Shown here: one piece after another, positions 51,294 to 64,000 of the stretch
Position numbering within the stretch: position 1 is the stretch's first letter
Layout of the letters: each line of letters opens with the position of its first letter
DNA from: Octopus sinensis
Lineage: Eukaryota
Assembly (NCBI RefSeq): GCF_006345805.1
Contig: NC_043005.1
Span: 25,110,001-25,174,000, forward strand
Length of the DNA stretch: 64,000 bases
Direction: 5' to 3'
Notes under the pieces: generated by a model
Told to the model about the DNA's origin: nothing
Database searches by the model: none
The model's input: only the letters and a program-made list of their open reading frames with translations
Position numbers and translations under genes: made by a program

Positions 51294-52017
51294 CGAGGCG
51301 CATTCAAGAGTTTTTTTAGGAGAAGCAGTTATAACTGTTCTAGATTATTGTAATTTTAGCATTTCATAATACATTTATTAACAAGCCAACTTTTGTTTCT
51401 AGACTGGAGGAGACGACTGTAACGGTATTTTGAACGCACCCTACTAGGCATTGTCACAGCTGACTGGTTTCTAGAATGCTGTTCGGGACTTGAAGACAAT
51501 TTGGAAGCCTGCTAGCGTATAAAGTTTTGTGTTAAACTGGGCCAAAACGCTACCCAAACGTATGAAATACTACATACTACTTATAGATTAAGTTGTAGGA
51601 GCCGAACATCTGTTTCTCATTTGTACAATAGGCCAGACAATGCAAGTGCGCCGGGAAGCTCATGATGATCCCGTTTTCCGATAGTAAGGGGACATACATC
51701 TACATCCACTAGGTTCCCTTTGGCTAGACCGTCAGCAAAAAGTGTTTTGTTGAGGTTTTGAGGGCATTCAGAAAAGTACTAGTCCATAATTTCAAGATGC
51801 TAATCAACAACTTGGGTATCAAAACAACTGCCCCTCATGTTCCATACAGTCCAGACCTTGCTCCCTTTGGCATTTAGTTGTTTCCCAAGCAGAAAGAGAA
51901 GATAAAGAAGGCTGTGGCATGAGCCCCTGGATACCTTCACTTTGAATGACATCTATGGAGCTTTCACGAAGTAGCTGGGACGCTACGACAAGTGCATGGA
52001 GGTTGGAATGCGCCTTG
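51294..52017 (+). mobile_element. Internally deleted, degenerate mariner element
   Basis: Short TIR pair C(G/A)AGGCGCATTC with TA on both sides. Remnants IKFCVKLGQNATQTYEIL (HTH) and VPYSPDLAP...LFPK. Confidence 0.8.
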
Positions 52018-53128
52018 TATATAGTATTTTTATGCTCATTAGGGAAAAGATTATCATTGCTTGTTTTGGCTTCACACATTTACACAAACTGGTTTAGAAA
52101 ATTATTTCTTTCAAGATTATTCTTAGACGAAAAAAAAAGATGTTTCCTTTTATTTTAACAACAAAAGACTCTGTACTTTCACTGCAATACTTTTGGGTTG
52201 AACAAAAGGTTTGTCGACACATTGTTTTCAAATCTTTCACATATGTAGCACAATAGTCAACTGCATCATTATACGTGGTTTAAAATGCCCTAAATATAGT
52301 ACAATTATATACAAGATATAGCGATGCTAGTAGTAGATACGGTAATGTAAAGAGATATAGCACACAGTTTCTTTCAAACACAATAACAGACGTTGAAAAT
52401 CCTTGTCAATAGAAAAAACATTCAGCAGAGCCTGAAGCGTAAACACATTTATACAATGTAAAAAGAGCATCCAAAATATAACTTTCAATGGAAAACAAAA
52501 ACAGCAGGAACAGTAGAAACAACAACGACACGCCAAACCTCAACATTTCAACTCAGGCGTACACTTCTGGTCGTAAAAATCTCGTTGATACTATCCAGTT
52601 TTACAAAAAAAAAAGATATGTCGAGGAAAACCATGCCTCGTTCCCTAAGGAATGAGCAAAGAGGAAAAACATGGATACATATGTTTAGTTCTCAAACATA
52701 TGTATACACTGCCTGGATTTTAATTTTTACCAGTGTTTTTGTAATTTCTTTGAATTTTTTCTCTCACTAAACTAGTAAATTTTTTAGTATTTTTTCTTTT
52801 TCTTCATTTTTACAATCGTTTTGTCATTTTAAATATTTCTTTGACTTTTCTTCTTTCACGGATTTCGTACATTTTGTCTGTCACTTATTTACATTACATA
52901 AAACCTTCCTTTTTGCGTAAAACCGTTTCACACACATATTTTCACACTCTCATATCTATTACGCAATCCACGTTCCCCTTGTCATTACACGCTCGCTCCT
53001 TATCACCTCTTTATACCCATGTTTTCTACACACATCGCTTACACACGCCCTAAAACGCCTCATCACCATTTATCCACGCCATTATACTATAGTATACTAC
53101 ACTATACTATACTATATATATATATATG

Positions 53129-53170
<42 letters not shown>

Positions 53171-53201
53171 CAGACAGACAGACATACAGACAGATAGACG
53201 T

Positions 53202-53233
<32 letters not shown>

Positions 53234-54061
53234 AAGAGAGTGAGAGAGAGTGAGAGAGAGATTTACGAGCTAAAGTGTAACATTTATATTATTAGAAAAT
53301 TATTAAAAAATATTAAATTAAACTGATTAGAACTACCAGTGATGTCATTCTTTCTCTTTATTCAAATATACTTAACAGTACCAAGGATCTACATATTTTC
53401 CAATATGTATTTATATCTATATATATATATACATATATAAAATAGAAAGAAAAATATTTGGCTAATTCTTATTTATATGTGGTTCTAACTTTATTATCCT
53501 TATTTTTGCTTTTATTACTCTTGTCTTTTCCTTCTATTACTCTTTATTTCTTATTTTTTACTTTTTAAATTTTTTAAATTTTTAACCTCTATTTTTTCTT
53601 TCTCTCTTATTTTCCTTCCTATCTTATACAATAGAGTTAAACATAAACTCATTCCAATCTATTTAACATTCACTCTATGCTGATTGGTGATACAGTATGA
53701 GCGGATTTTCGAAATCCAATGACTCTTTATAAAGTTTTGTACAAATACACTTTTTCAAGGAGATATGATAAACTTTTTATAATGGGTAATACTTTTCATA
53801 TTTTTTATATTGTGATGCAATTCTTCGGACTAACAATGTTTGCGGCTGAAGAGAGCTTTAAACCATCTTTTATACCAATAATACTCTGATGTAATAACGG
53901 ATTGTTTATAAAGCTTGAAACACGTGTACCGCGATATCCTTTGTGTTCTGTTTTTAATTTATATTTGATATATTCTCTCTCACCTCTGCCACTATCTGGC
54001 ATAGACAGGTGCTTATACTTATTAAGTATTCACTCTAAATTTACAGTATCTACTATATATA

Positions 54062-54199
<138 letters not shown>

Positions 54200-54600
54200 T
54201 TAGACCAAAGAAATATAGGTATTATTTAGCCGAAAGTCAACTACTGTTATAGATTCTAAGAGCTCTACTGACTTATTAAATTCCAGATCTGAAATTTCCA
54301 TGAAGTATAAGCATTTGGAGAAAATTCTTCCAATGAACTGAAAGTACCAGACTCTTTGTTATACAAATGCAATCACACTAACTTTAACTCACCCCCCCCC
54401 CCGTTGAATTAATTTACACCGTATTAAGTTTGATTCGAATTGGCCAGAGGATGTAACTCTTAATTTTCCTTTTTCACATTCTATTTTTTTTTTTAGCCTT
54501 CCTCTCGTTATTTCAAGTATTTTGTGAAAGACAGCCACATTACATAACGTGAGTCCGACAAATTTCTTGGAAAAACAAGGCACACTATAAAAGCTTAGAT

Positions 54601-54736
54601 ATCACCTTGATCACCTTGACCTACCAGTCAGTCCGTCGGGCGTCCATTTGACACCGCTGGTCACAGCACACTGTCCACTCTTCTCTGGATCGCGCCTTTC
54701 TCATCCACGTGATCCCAATCGTCCTCCTGAAATCGT
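54601..54736 (-). mobile_element. RTE-clade LINE 3' end
   Basis: Minus: DFRRTIGITWMRKARSREEW...DW*, followed by (CAAGGTGAT)x2 tail. Confidence 0.55.
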
Positions 54737-54768
54737 AACTTATATATAAATATACATATATATGTATG

Positions 54769-54833
<65 letters not shown>

Positions 54834-56299
54834 GTGTGTGTGTGTGTGTGTGATAAAGGAGGGATAAAAGACGAAAGTCGAATCCAGGACTGAAATAACC
54901 AGACCAGATACAGAATTGCCTTTCATATGAAACCTTAAAACTGTCACCAACCTCCTGCCCTGGATTGCGTTTTATTTTCGACTTCGAAACTATTTTCGAC
55001 TTCGAAAATTGAAAGTTGATTTCGCTGTGATTTGAATTCAAGGTCCAGGAAAACACACTTCTATGCATTTTATCCAAATCTTAAACGATTTTGATCACTT
55101 GTAATTTGGAAGCGACCGCCTGTCTGTAATCAGTTATTTGGCTATAATCACTCATTCATTTCATATTGGATAAAGAAATATTCGCTTCTTTGCAATAATT
55201 TGTTGACCAATGCAGCTGTAACATTCACACAGTCTTACAGCGATTCCAAAGAAGAGACAATAGGGTAAGTATTTAGAGAAAATAATGAGGGTAGACTTCA
55301 TTAAGCAACAAGTAAAATAGCACGAATACAGTTCTTGTATCGATTATACCGACGTCGGACAGATGCGAAATTAAAACGCTAGGTGTCAAAACTAGTTGTT
55401 AAGCTATTATTTAATCAACAAATCTTCTCTTCATGGACACACCACTGTTTTAAAAAAACCCAATTAAATAACAGTTCAAGTTTGACTATTACCGACTTCT
55501 CCCAACAACAGTTATTTTTATTACAAATATAACAAAATGATTTGATAGAATTTATCAATTTCTTTTCTTATTGCCCTTATCTCCCGCTGTACACGTATTC
55601 TTTGCATTTCCGTGTATTTCCGTGCACTTCCGTTCTTTGTTCAAACATTTCTTCCATCCAACCATTATATTTTGTTATCACTGCTATCTATTTTTCGCTT
55701 CTTTCCTTTTAATTTTTCTGAAAATGTCTTCCATTCTTTTTTGAATTCCTTCATTCATATTTATTGCTTTAAGTCTTTATAATTTCTATTTTATATTTTA
55801 ACCCATCCTAGATTTTGTCATTAACTTCCCATCATTATTATCATCGCAATTTCGTTCTTTTCTCTTTCCTTCTTTCTTTCTTTCCATTGATTCAAACAAT
55901 AATTGGCTCCACAGTCAAGCAATGTAACAATTATAGGCTACTCTGTATAAGCACAAATTTACGACCTATTTAGTAAGATCCAGTGAATTGGATGAGTTCC
56001 ATTCCATCCACCCAAGACCCACAGTGTGCCTTTACGAAATTACTACACCTCCTATAAACAGCAACCTGAATTCCTTCATATGAGCAACCACAGGTCATCA
56101 TTGGAAGATGAAGTTTCATATAGGGACCTCTCCTATATGAAATAATTAGCTAATAGAAATAGCAGCTAATAATAGCAGCTAATAATTCCTTCAAATCAAA
56201 CGTTACTGCCGCGTCAGTGAACAGTGTGATTCTAAATATGCACAAGAGAGTCACGGAGGGAGGTTCTTTGATCTTAGATCAAAGTTCTGACCAGGTGAA

Positions 56300-57235
56300 A
56301 CTAACCCCCCACCACCACCACCACCACTGCAATAATTACCGCCATCACCAACACCATTGCAACCACAGCAGTTACCAGCACCACCAGTGCCAGCAGCAGC
56401 TTCGCCAACAGCAGTTCCAACACAACCACCACCATCACTACCACAACCATCACCACACCACCACAACCACCATCACCAGCACCGTCACCACTACAACCAC
56501 CACTATCACCATCACCACAACCACCACTACCACCATCACCACAACCGCAACCACAACCACCACCACACCACCACAACACCACAACCACCACCACCACCAA
56601 CAACAATAACAACCAGCCACCAGCACCACCAGCACCACCAGCACCACCACAACCACCAATAACAACAACAACAACCAGCCACCAGCACCACCAGCACCAC
56701 CACCAGCACCCCGCCACCACCAACAACAACCGGCCACTATCACCACCAGCACCACCAGCACCACTAGCACCACCAGCACCACCACCACAACCACAACCCC
56801 CCACCGCAAAAACCACCACAACCACCATTCACCAGCACCGTCACCACTACAACCATCACTAGCACCACCACACCACCACAACACCACAACCACCACCACC
56901 ACCAACAACAACAACCGGCCACCATCACCACCAGCACCACCAGCACCACTAGCACCACCAGCACCACCATCACAAACACAACCCCCCCACCGCAAAAACC
57001 ACCACCACCACCACCACCACCACAACCACCATCACCAGCACCGTCACCACTACAACCACCACTATCACCATCACCACAACCACCACTACCACCATCACCA
57101 CAACCGCAACCACAACCACCACCACACCACCACAACCACCACCACCACCACCACCACCACCACCAATAACAACAACAACAACCAGCCACCAGCACCACCA
57201 GCACCACCACCAGCACCCCGCCACCACTAACACCA
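56300..57235. repeat. (CAC/CAA/CAG)n compound repeat with higher-order block duplications
   Basis: ~115-bp block at 56461-56576 recurs at 57020-57135; further shorter blocks also recur. Confidence 0.9.
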
Positions 57236-57583
57236 AGTAATAGTTGTTTTAATAAACCCAGATGAAAGAGAAAGTTAACCTCAAATTCAATCTTCCTCTT
57301 TAGAACAAACTAGTATAACGCATCTAAACGGAGCTCTACATTTTGTGCCAATCTAAGGCTGTTTGCCGATACATAATATAATGAACTATTACATTATCGC
57401 ATTCAATCAATTACATTATACCATTCAACCATTCATCTATCAGCTTGATAGGGAAATTCGATTATCTGATCTATCGTATATCAGAAAGATCCCACAGACC
57501 AGTGGCGTGGCAGCTCTATTAAATTATAGATAAATACTTGTAGCGGTGGTGATAGTAGTAGTGGTAGTAGTAATAGTAGTAGC

Positions 57584-57641
<58 letters not shown>

Positions 57642-57899
57642 ATGGTGGTGGTGATAGTAGTAGTACTGCTAGTAGTAGTGGTGAAGTGGTGATTATGTTC
57701 GTATCAGTGATGGTAGTGGTAGTTTTGCTGGTGGTCGTGAAAGTAATTGAAGTAGCTGTAATAGATGTTGTTGTACCAGCAGTAGCATCATCATCATCAT
57801 CCTCATCATCAGTAATAGTAGTAGTACTAGTAGTAGGAGTTACGCCTAAAATCAATCTTGAGCTGGCAGAAAGACTTCAACTAAAGTTATTTCCATGCT

Positions 57900-58160
57900 A
57901 ATTGACTTGAAGCTAAAACACCACCATCAACGCAACCACCACCACCACCTACACAACCACCAGTACCACCACCAGTACCACCACCACCACCACCACACCA
58001 CCACCACCACCACCACCACCACCGTCGCCGCGGCCACCGCGGATAAGACTGATCTTTGTGGATCTTAAAACGTCTTTTCAGGCCTCCGTTAGATTTGCAA
58101 ACCTTCTGGCATACACTGCATCCAAAGGTGTGCACAAACATATAGGCAGAATAGTTGGTG
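57900..58160 (-). mobile_element. Repeat fragment encoding C2H2-type fingers (probable RTE-LINE C-terminus), split by a (CCA)n run
   Basis: Minus: FGCSVCQKVCKSNGGLKRRFKIH (first His lost). Homologous to 59706-59965. Confidence 0.5.
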
Positions 58161-58173
58161 TGTGTGTGTGTGT

Positions 58174-58212
<39 letters not shown>

Positions 58213-58743
58213 ATAATGCATACATACTAACGTATACGTTACACTGTAATATATATATTTCTTTAATCTTCTTGCTCTGTATTTGAGACAAATTATATGT
58301 ACGTACGTATGTATGTATATATGTCTATATGTGTCTGTGTCTCATTTTTATTTAACACATACACGCACACACATTCAACTCACCGCAGTTAATTTTTTTT
58401 TCATCCTGCGGAAATCGGCCTAGGAAGTGCTCACACAGCAGTAAAAAATGTTGAAAATGAAGGACGACACTTTCAACACTTATAAAATATTTAGTGTTGT
58501 AAATTCTAATATATTCTTTTGTAGTCTTATACCATCTTATGAAAGTTTATTTTGCAATAAAATACTTACTGCGGAGACACTTTCTGAACACTCTATATAT
58601 TGTGTGATACAGTTCTAAATACTTGACATGGCTGATTTCTATTTAATTACGTTTGTCTTTTTGTTGTTATTCTATCAGTCCTACTATTTTTCTTACTACT
58701 GCTACGGCTGCTATTGTTGCTGCTGCTGCTGCTGTTCTACTAC

Positions 58744-58806
<63 letters not shown>

Positions 58807-58885
58807 GACTGCTGCTGCTGCATCTACTGTTGTATGGCTGCTTTTTGCTGTTACTGCTGCTAATACTACTGCTGCAGCTGTTGTT

Positions 58886-58931
<46 letters not shown>

Positions 58932-58986
58932 AGCTGCTGCTATTACTGAACTAATTAGTAATAATAACAATCAAGTTATTATTATT

Positions 58987-59021
<35 letters not shown>

Positions 59022-59099
59022 CATTATTATTATTACTATCATTGTTTCAAAGGCCATTAATATAATTAATAATAGTCATGTGTATTGAAATTTAATTAA

Positions 59100-59700
59100 A
59101 GTTATCGATTAATTCCAACTTTTATGAAATGATTTAACGGATATTGCATGTATATATTCATACATGGATACGTACATGTACACACATGCATACATACGCA
59201 CGTACCTACACATATACAAGCATACATACATACATACGTACATACACACATACATATATATCAACATGTATACGTACATGCATACATACACACATACACA
59301 CACATATATATATACATACACACATACATACACATATATATCTACATGTATACGTACATACGTACATACATACATATATACATAGATACATATATACACA
59401 CATACATTCACACATACATACGTGCATACACACATACCTATATATATCTACATGTATACGTACATACATACACACATACATACACACATATATACATACA
59501 TAGATGTTTGAATATATGTATATATGTATGCATACATGTATCTGTGTATGTATGCGTCCAACCATGTATGTATGCGTGTATGCATGCATGCATACATTGC
59601 TCACATACTGCATACATTGATACATACATAAATGCATGAATTGCATGCATGCGTACATACATATATACATACACATAGACAGTCATACATGCATTCATCG
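59100..59700. repeat. Degenerate (TACA)n/(CATA)n microsatellite field
   Basis: Directly visible. Confidence 0.9.
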
Positions 59701-59705
59701 ATATA

Positions 59706-59965
59706 TAGTGGTTGTGGACTCCTTATGCAGAGTTTGACCACCTCCTGCACCTACACCTTAGAACCATCATGGCATCTGATGTGGTTTTCTAAACCAATGT
59801 TCTGAAAAGACACCCACATAGATTGCACATCCGATTTGGACCACAAAGAGCTGCAGATAATTTCTGCTCTTTGTGGATCTTAAAATGTCTCTTGAGGCCC
59901 CTGTCGGATTTACAAACCTTCTGGCATACACTGCATTCAAAGGTGTTCACAGACATATAGGAATT
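59706..59965 (-). mobile_element. Repeat fragment encoding C2H2-type fingers (probable RTE-LINE C-terminus)
   Basis: Minus: FECSVCQKVCKSDRGLKRHFKIH, then CNLCGCLFRTL with a stop/frameshift before the second His pair. Confidence 0.5.
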
Positions 59966-61117
59966 AATCCATCCATCCATCCATCCATCCATACATCCAT
60001 CCATACATACATACATACATACATACATACACACACAATAAATGCGTAATCCCTCTTTGCGCATGTCCGTGCATCAGGTACCATTTCTATTGTGTTCTTG
60101 ATCATTGATCGGTTCTTCTTATTCTATTTTCTCGCACAGCCTTCTGACATGCTCCAGATCTTCGTCTTGAAACTTTTGATGCCATACACTCCTTACTTTC
60201 CCATCTTTTCTCTTCTCCTATCAGTGTTCAGCTCAATAATGTTTTGCATAGCAACGATACAGCTACCGGTCGATGTAACCAACCTGCTATTTTCTTCGCT
60301 CCATCGTTATATCCCGACGTTGGTCCTCTTTAGGTCATTGGTTAGTATGCGGTTATTTTGTATGTGTTTATACACATTCGTATAAATGTATTCGAACGAA
60401 TTCCTACATTCGATGAAATGCTAATGTGGCATTTCCCCGTGCACAATACTATGATTGTATTCCCAAAATTCTTTATTTAAGGGAATCTTGGTATTAAACG
60501 ATAAAAATCATCAAAATATGCGCAATGTTTCACTCACGAAATTTAAGGAAAATTTGAAGAATGTTCATATGAGAAACAATAAAGTCTAAAAGCGAGCATC
60601 GTCACAAAGACTTTTAGACATCCTGACAGTCGGAGAAAGCAGCAGAATGGTCACTTTGTGAAGCAGCTACATAATCGATGTGCAAAATAAGATTGAGATG
60701 AACACTAAGCTGAAGAGAGAGAATAGGGATAACCAAGTATTCTCATTATATCAGACATTTCAGCGATTCCATGTATCTGATGCACTGCCAAGGAACTCGA
60801 ATTGGCTCGTATTGTCGATATTTTGTCCTTCAATTGTCAACATAGCATTCCATGTTCCTTGTTTGGTTTCCATAGTAGTTGTTCTTTCTGTTGTCATTCA
60901 TAATCTGGGATTCCTCATAACTTTCACTCAGGCTTTGACTTAGTTTGCTAACAATTACTGGAACCGTGCCAACAACGAAGTATAATTAGCAGCAGTTTAT
61001 GATTTCTCCACTAGATGATTATATTCGTTCTTGATCACCATCTGTTAAGAGCAGTTGTAAAACTACAACTAAAGAATATCTACTGGGTAAAACTAGGGAA
61101 ACGTTTATAGATACAGT

Positions 61118-61167
<50 letters not shown>

Positions 61168-61689
61168 TACAGACAGACAGAGTGCGGAAGAATATTCGGA
61201 AGGAGAGACGGAAATTTTGATTGTTGAGAGAACTATTTGTAGCAACAACAACATCGATCAACAAATGAAAACCAGACATATACTGTTGAACTGTTAAGAG
61301 CGAAAATTTCAGCTAAGCTGCAAAACGGATTTGATAGTCTGGTTTAAAGAAAATGGAGAAATGTTGCGAAGACACTTCCAATAACAGTAAACATGACACT
61401 TGTATATAAAATGTGACATATTTATCGCAGATTCAGAAGAGGTTATTATTTCGGTAAATAGTGTTTGTATTCTCTGGTTTACGGAATATATACCGATGCA
61501 TAATTTAATTGTATTTTCTATATTTTTATTCCAAGTCCCTGTTTAAGTGGATAAGTCCTGCTACCTGTGGTTCTTATTAAACAGTGGACACGCATAGGAG
61601 ATGTCCAAGAGTATGTATGTATGTATATGTATGCTAACCACCCTCCCCCCACACGTGTATATATATATAATGTATGACTGTTTATGCGT

Positions 61690-61725
<36 letters not shown>

Positions 61726-62850
61726 TGAGTATGTGCGTTTAGGTAAAGATACGCGTTTTTCCACAGAACACATCTGAATTCACTTAAAAAGATAAATATT
61801 ATGATAATAGCTCAATAAAATATATCTTAAGTCGTTTCACAATTAGAAATAACGTCAAAATTGAAAAGAGATGGAACGGATTTGAACACGAAACAATCGT
61901 TTTTTATTAAAACTATGAAAAACGACACACGTGGAAAATACTACGATAATATCGAAATAATATATTGTTTCTGAAAGGGATGTAAAAATAATTGGGGTTA
62001 CAACCAGATTCATTTAGTTCCTAGTAGTTACTTTGTGAAGGCACATAGCTGAGTGGTTCGCTGTGAGTTTGAGCGAGAACCTTCATTCCAACTTATTCTA
62101 GTCAACTAAAATGAGTTCCAACTGTGTGTTGGTGGAATCTTCTCTCCCTCCAACTGTTCGCATCCAAGATGTTCCGTTGGAACAAGGTGAGAGGATCAAG
62201 AGAATAGTTTATCTGTTTGCGATTACAGAGGTGAAAGCATGGTATATACAATCAAGCTACACCTGCTTACTAGTTGAAGACTAAGATGTGGACGAGCTAT
62301 ATTATCAAAGTACAGATTACCTGATTCGAAGCTCGGGTGTGTGTCGGTCCAGGTTTTTGTCTTCGACAAAATTCTTTCGTTCAGAGATTATGTTTACTGA
62401 AGATTTCAAATATACCAACCAGTTTAGTTTTATAGTTATATGATTATATTTTATACTGCTACATGTAACCAAATCCATTATATAAAGATAGATAAACACA
62501 TAGGTAGATAGATAGACAGAGATAGAGAGAGAAGAAGAGGGAGAGAGGAAGAGGGAGAGAGAAGGAGAGAGAGAGAAAGACAAAATCCACATAAATATGT
62601 TGGTAGATATATATTTATATAGTGTATAGAAGGGATTATAATCCGAGCTGTCTTCGTAACAAATTTATAAAATAATTTTAAGAAAGAAATCTGTATTTTG
62701 TTTTCTTTTATATTCATAGAATTGGTATTCTGAATTCCTTATTTTAGTTCCCTGATAGGGAAGGATTGATTTATAGCTGTTTTTGTTTACAGTTTATTTT
62801 CATCTATCTATCTATATATTTATATATATATATATCTTTATGTAAGTAAA

Positions 62851-63190
62851 GGGTAAAGACCCCCTTCGGTCATGAATGACCATGGGATTGCACCTAGAAA
62901 GTTACCCTCCTAGACACAAGTCCGGACAAGGTTGTTTATGGAAGACCAGCAGTCGCCCATGCATACCAGCCTCCCCTCTCCACGCCACCAGTGTTATCCA
63001 AGGGAAAGACAAAGGTCAATACAGCTTGGCACCAGTGACGTCGCAACTCATTTCTACAGTTGAATGAGCTGGAGCAACGTGAAATAAAGTGCCTTGCTCA
63101 AGAACACAACACGCAGCCCGGTCCGGGATTCAAGCTCACAACCTCACGATCGTAAGCTCGACGCTCTAACCACTGAGCCATGCGCCTTCA
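62851..63190 (-). mobile_element. Full-length tRNA-derived CORE-like SINE (~340 bp)
   Basis: Minus: GGCGCATGGCTCAGTGGTTAGAGCG (A-box), GCTTGAATCCC (B-box-like), GTGTTCTTGAGCAAGGCACTT. Confidence 0.85.
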
Positions 63191-63211
63191 TGTTAGTATG
63201 TATATATATAT

Positions 63212-63265
<54 letters not shown>

Positions 63266-63314
63266 CATACATATGTATACACACACACATATATATACAT
63301 ATGTATGTATATAC

Positions 63315-63352
<38 letters not shown>

Positions 63353-63879
63353 GTGTGTGAATTGGCTTTTTCTTATCTTTTGAATTTATTTCTTATACGT
63401 TAATGAAATTTCTTATTTTGTTGCTCTTGTTTTTGTTGCTGATATTGTTGCAATTGTTATGATCATTTATTATTCAGACACCTGATGATTTGCCCTCAGA
63501 TACACTACTTTACTCTCAACACTCAATACGATGTTCGTGTCGAATGTCAGCCAGACTAATTGAGATTCTAAAAATTATCAAAATGGACAATGAAAAGCAG
63601 AGATACAGCTTAAAAAGATGGCGCTCATAAACCAAAAAAAGAAAAAGACATAGACTAAAAACAAAAAAGAAATTTATAGTACTTCTCCGCTTATATGCTT
63701 ATTGATTTATGGATTTTAATATATAATACAATTGTTAACAATAACGTCGTCATTATTTACAGATGTCGAATAAAACAATCACAGGTTCACTGCTTTCCTG
63801 ACTCCGAAAACGACAATGCGTATATGATATTAACTCGGTGCGTATAATACAAACATTGCACCGGGTTAACTATTGGGCA

Positions 63880-64000
63880 AGTTGTTCCAGTTCTTTACGT
63901 TCTGAGTTCAAATACTGCCGAGGTCAACATTGGTTTTTATCCATCCTTTGGAGATCAATAAAATAAAGTACAAATCCTGTAAATGAGTCGATATAATCGA
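63880..64000 (+). mobile_element. Partial Nin/Deu-like SINE
   Basis: TTTACGTTCTGAGTTCAAATACTGCCGAGGTCAAC...CATCCTTTGGAGATCAATAAAATAAAGTAC, matching the central domain of the other copies. Confidence 0.6.

Noticed and set aside
55906-56145. Coding exon after a CCACAG acceptor (peptide ...YKQQPEFLHMSNHRSSLEDEV...)
   Set aside because: All three frames downstream of the acceptor hit stops, and the 49-codon open stretch has no acceptor of its own.

Overview
AT-rich, microsatellite-saturated animal genomic DNA made almost entirely of transposable-element debris and simple repeats. No host protein-coding gene, rRNA, tRNA gene or CRISPR array can be supported. The SINE families and repeat landscape look like a coleoid cephalopod, probably an octopus; this is recalled similarity, not a database result. 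Main content: (1) three copies of an L1/Tx1-clade LINE (7.8-17.6 kb) whose six junctions all abut (TATC)n/(GATA)n repeats; (2) a nest of six R4/Dong-like restriction-endonuclease LINE fragments around (TAA)n arrays (28.3-32.8 kb), including an internally deleted copy with an intact 274-aa in-frame fusion ORF; (3) a Penelope GIY-YIG element whose 3' repeat carries a minimal hammerhead ribozyme with a U3-A8 covariant core, plus two more degenerate hammerhead-like motifs; (4) a 556-bp non-coding (TAA)n-embedded retroelement; (5) a SINE whose 3' tail resembles the Tx1 LINE 3' end; (6) a ~2.75-kb tandem duplication that may be an assembly artefact; (7) Tc1/mariner, Helitron, CR1 and RTE remnants, a fold-back element and a 107-bp hairpin. 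Coordinates were read by hand and may be off by a few bases. Most ORF-track entries are microsatellite artefacts.
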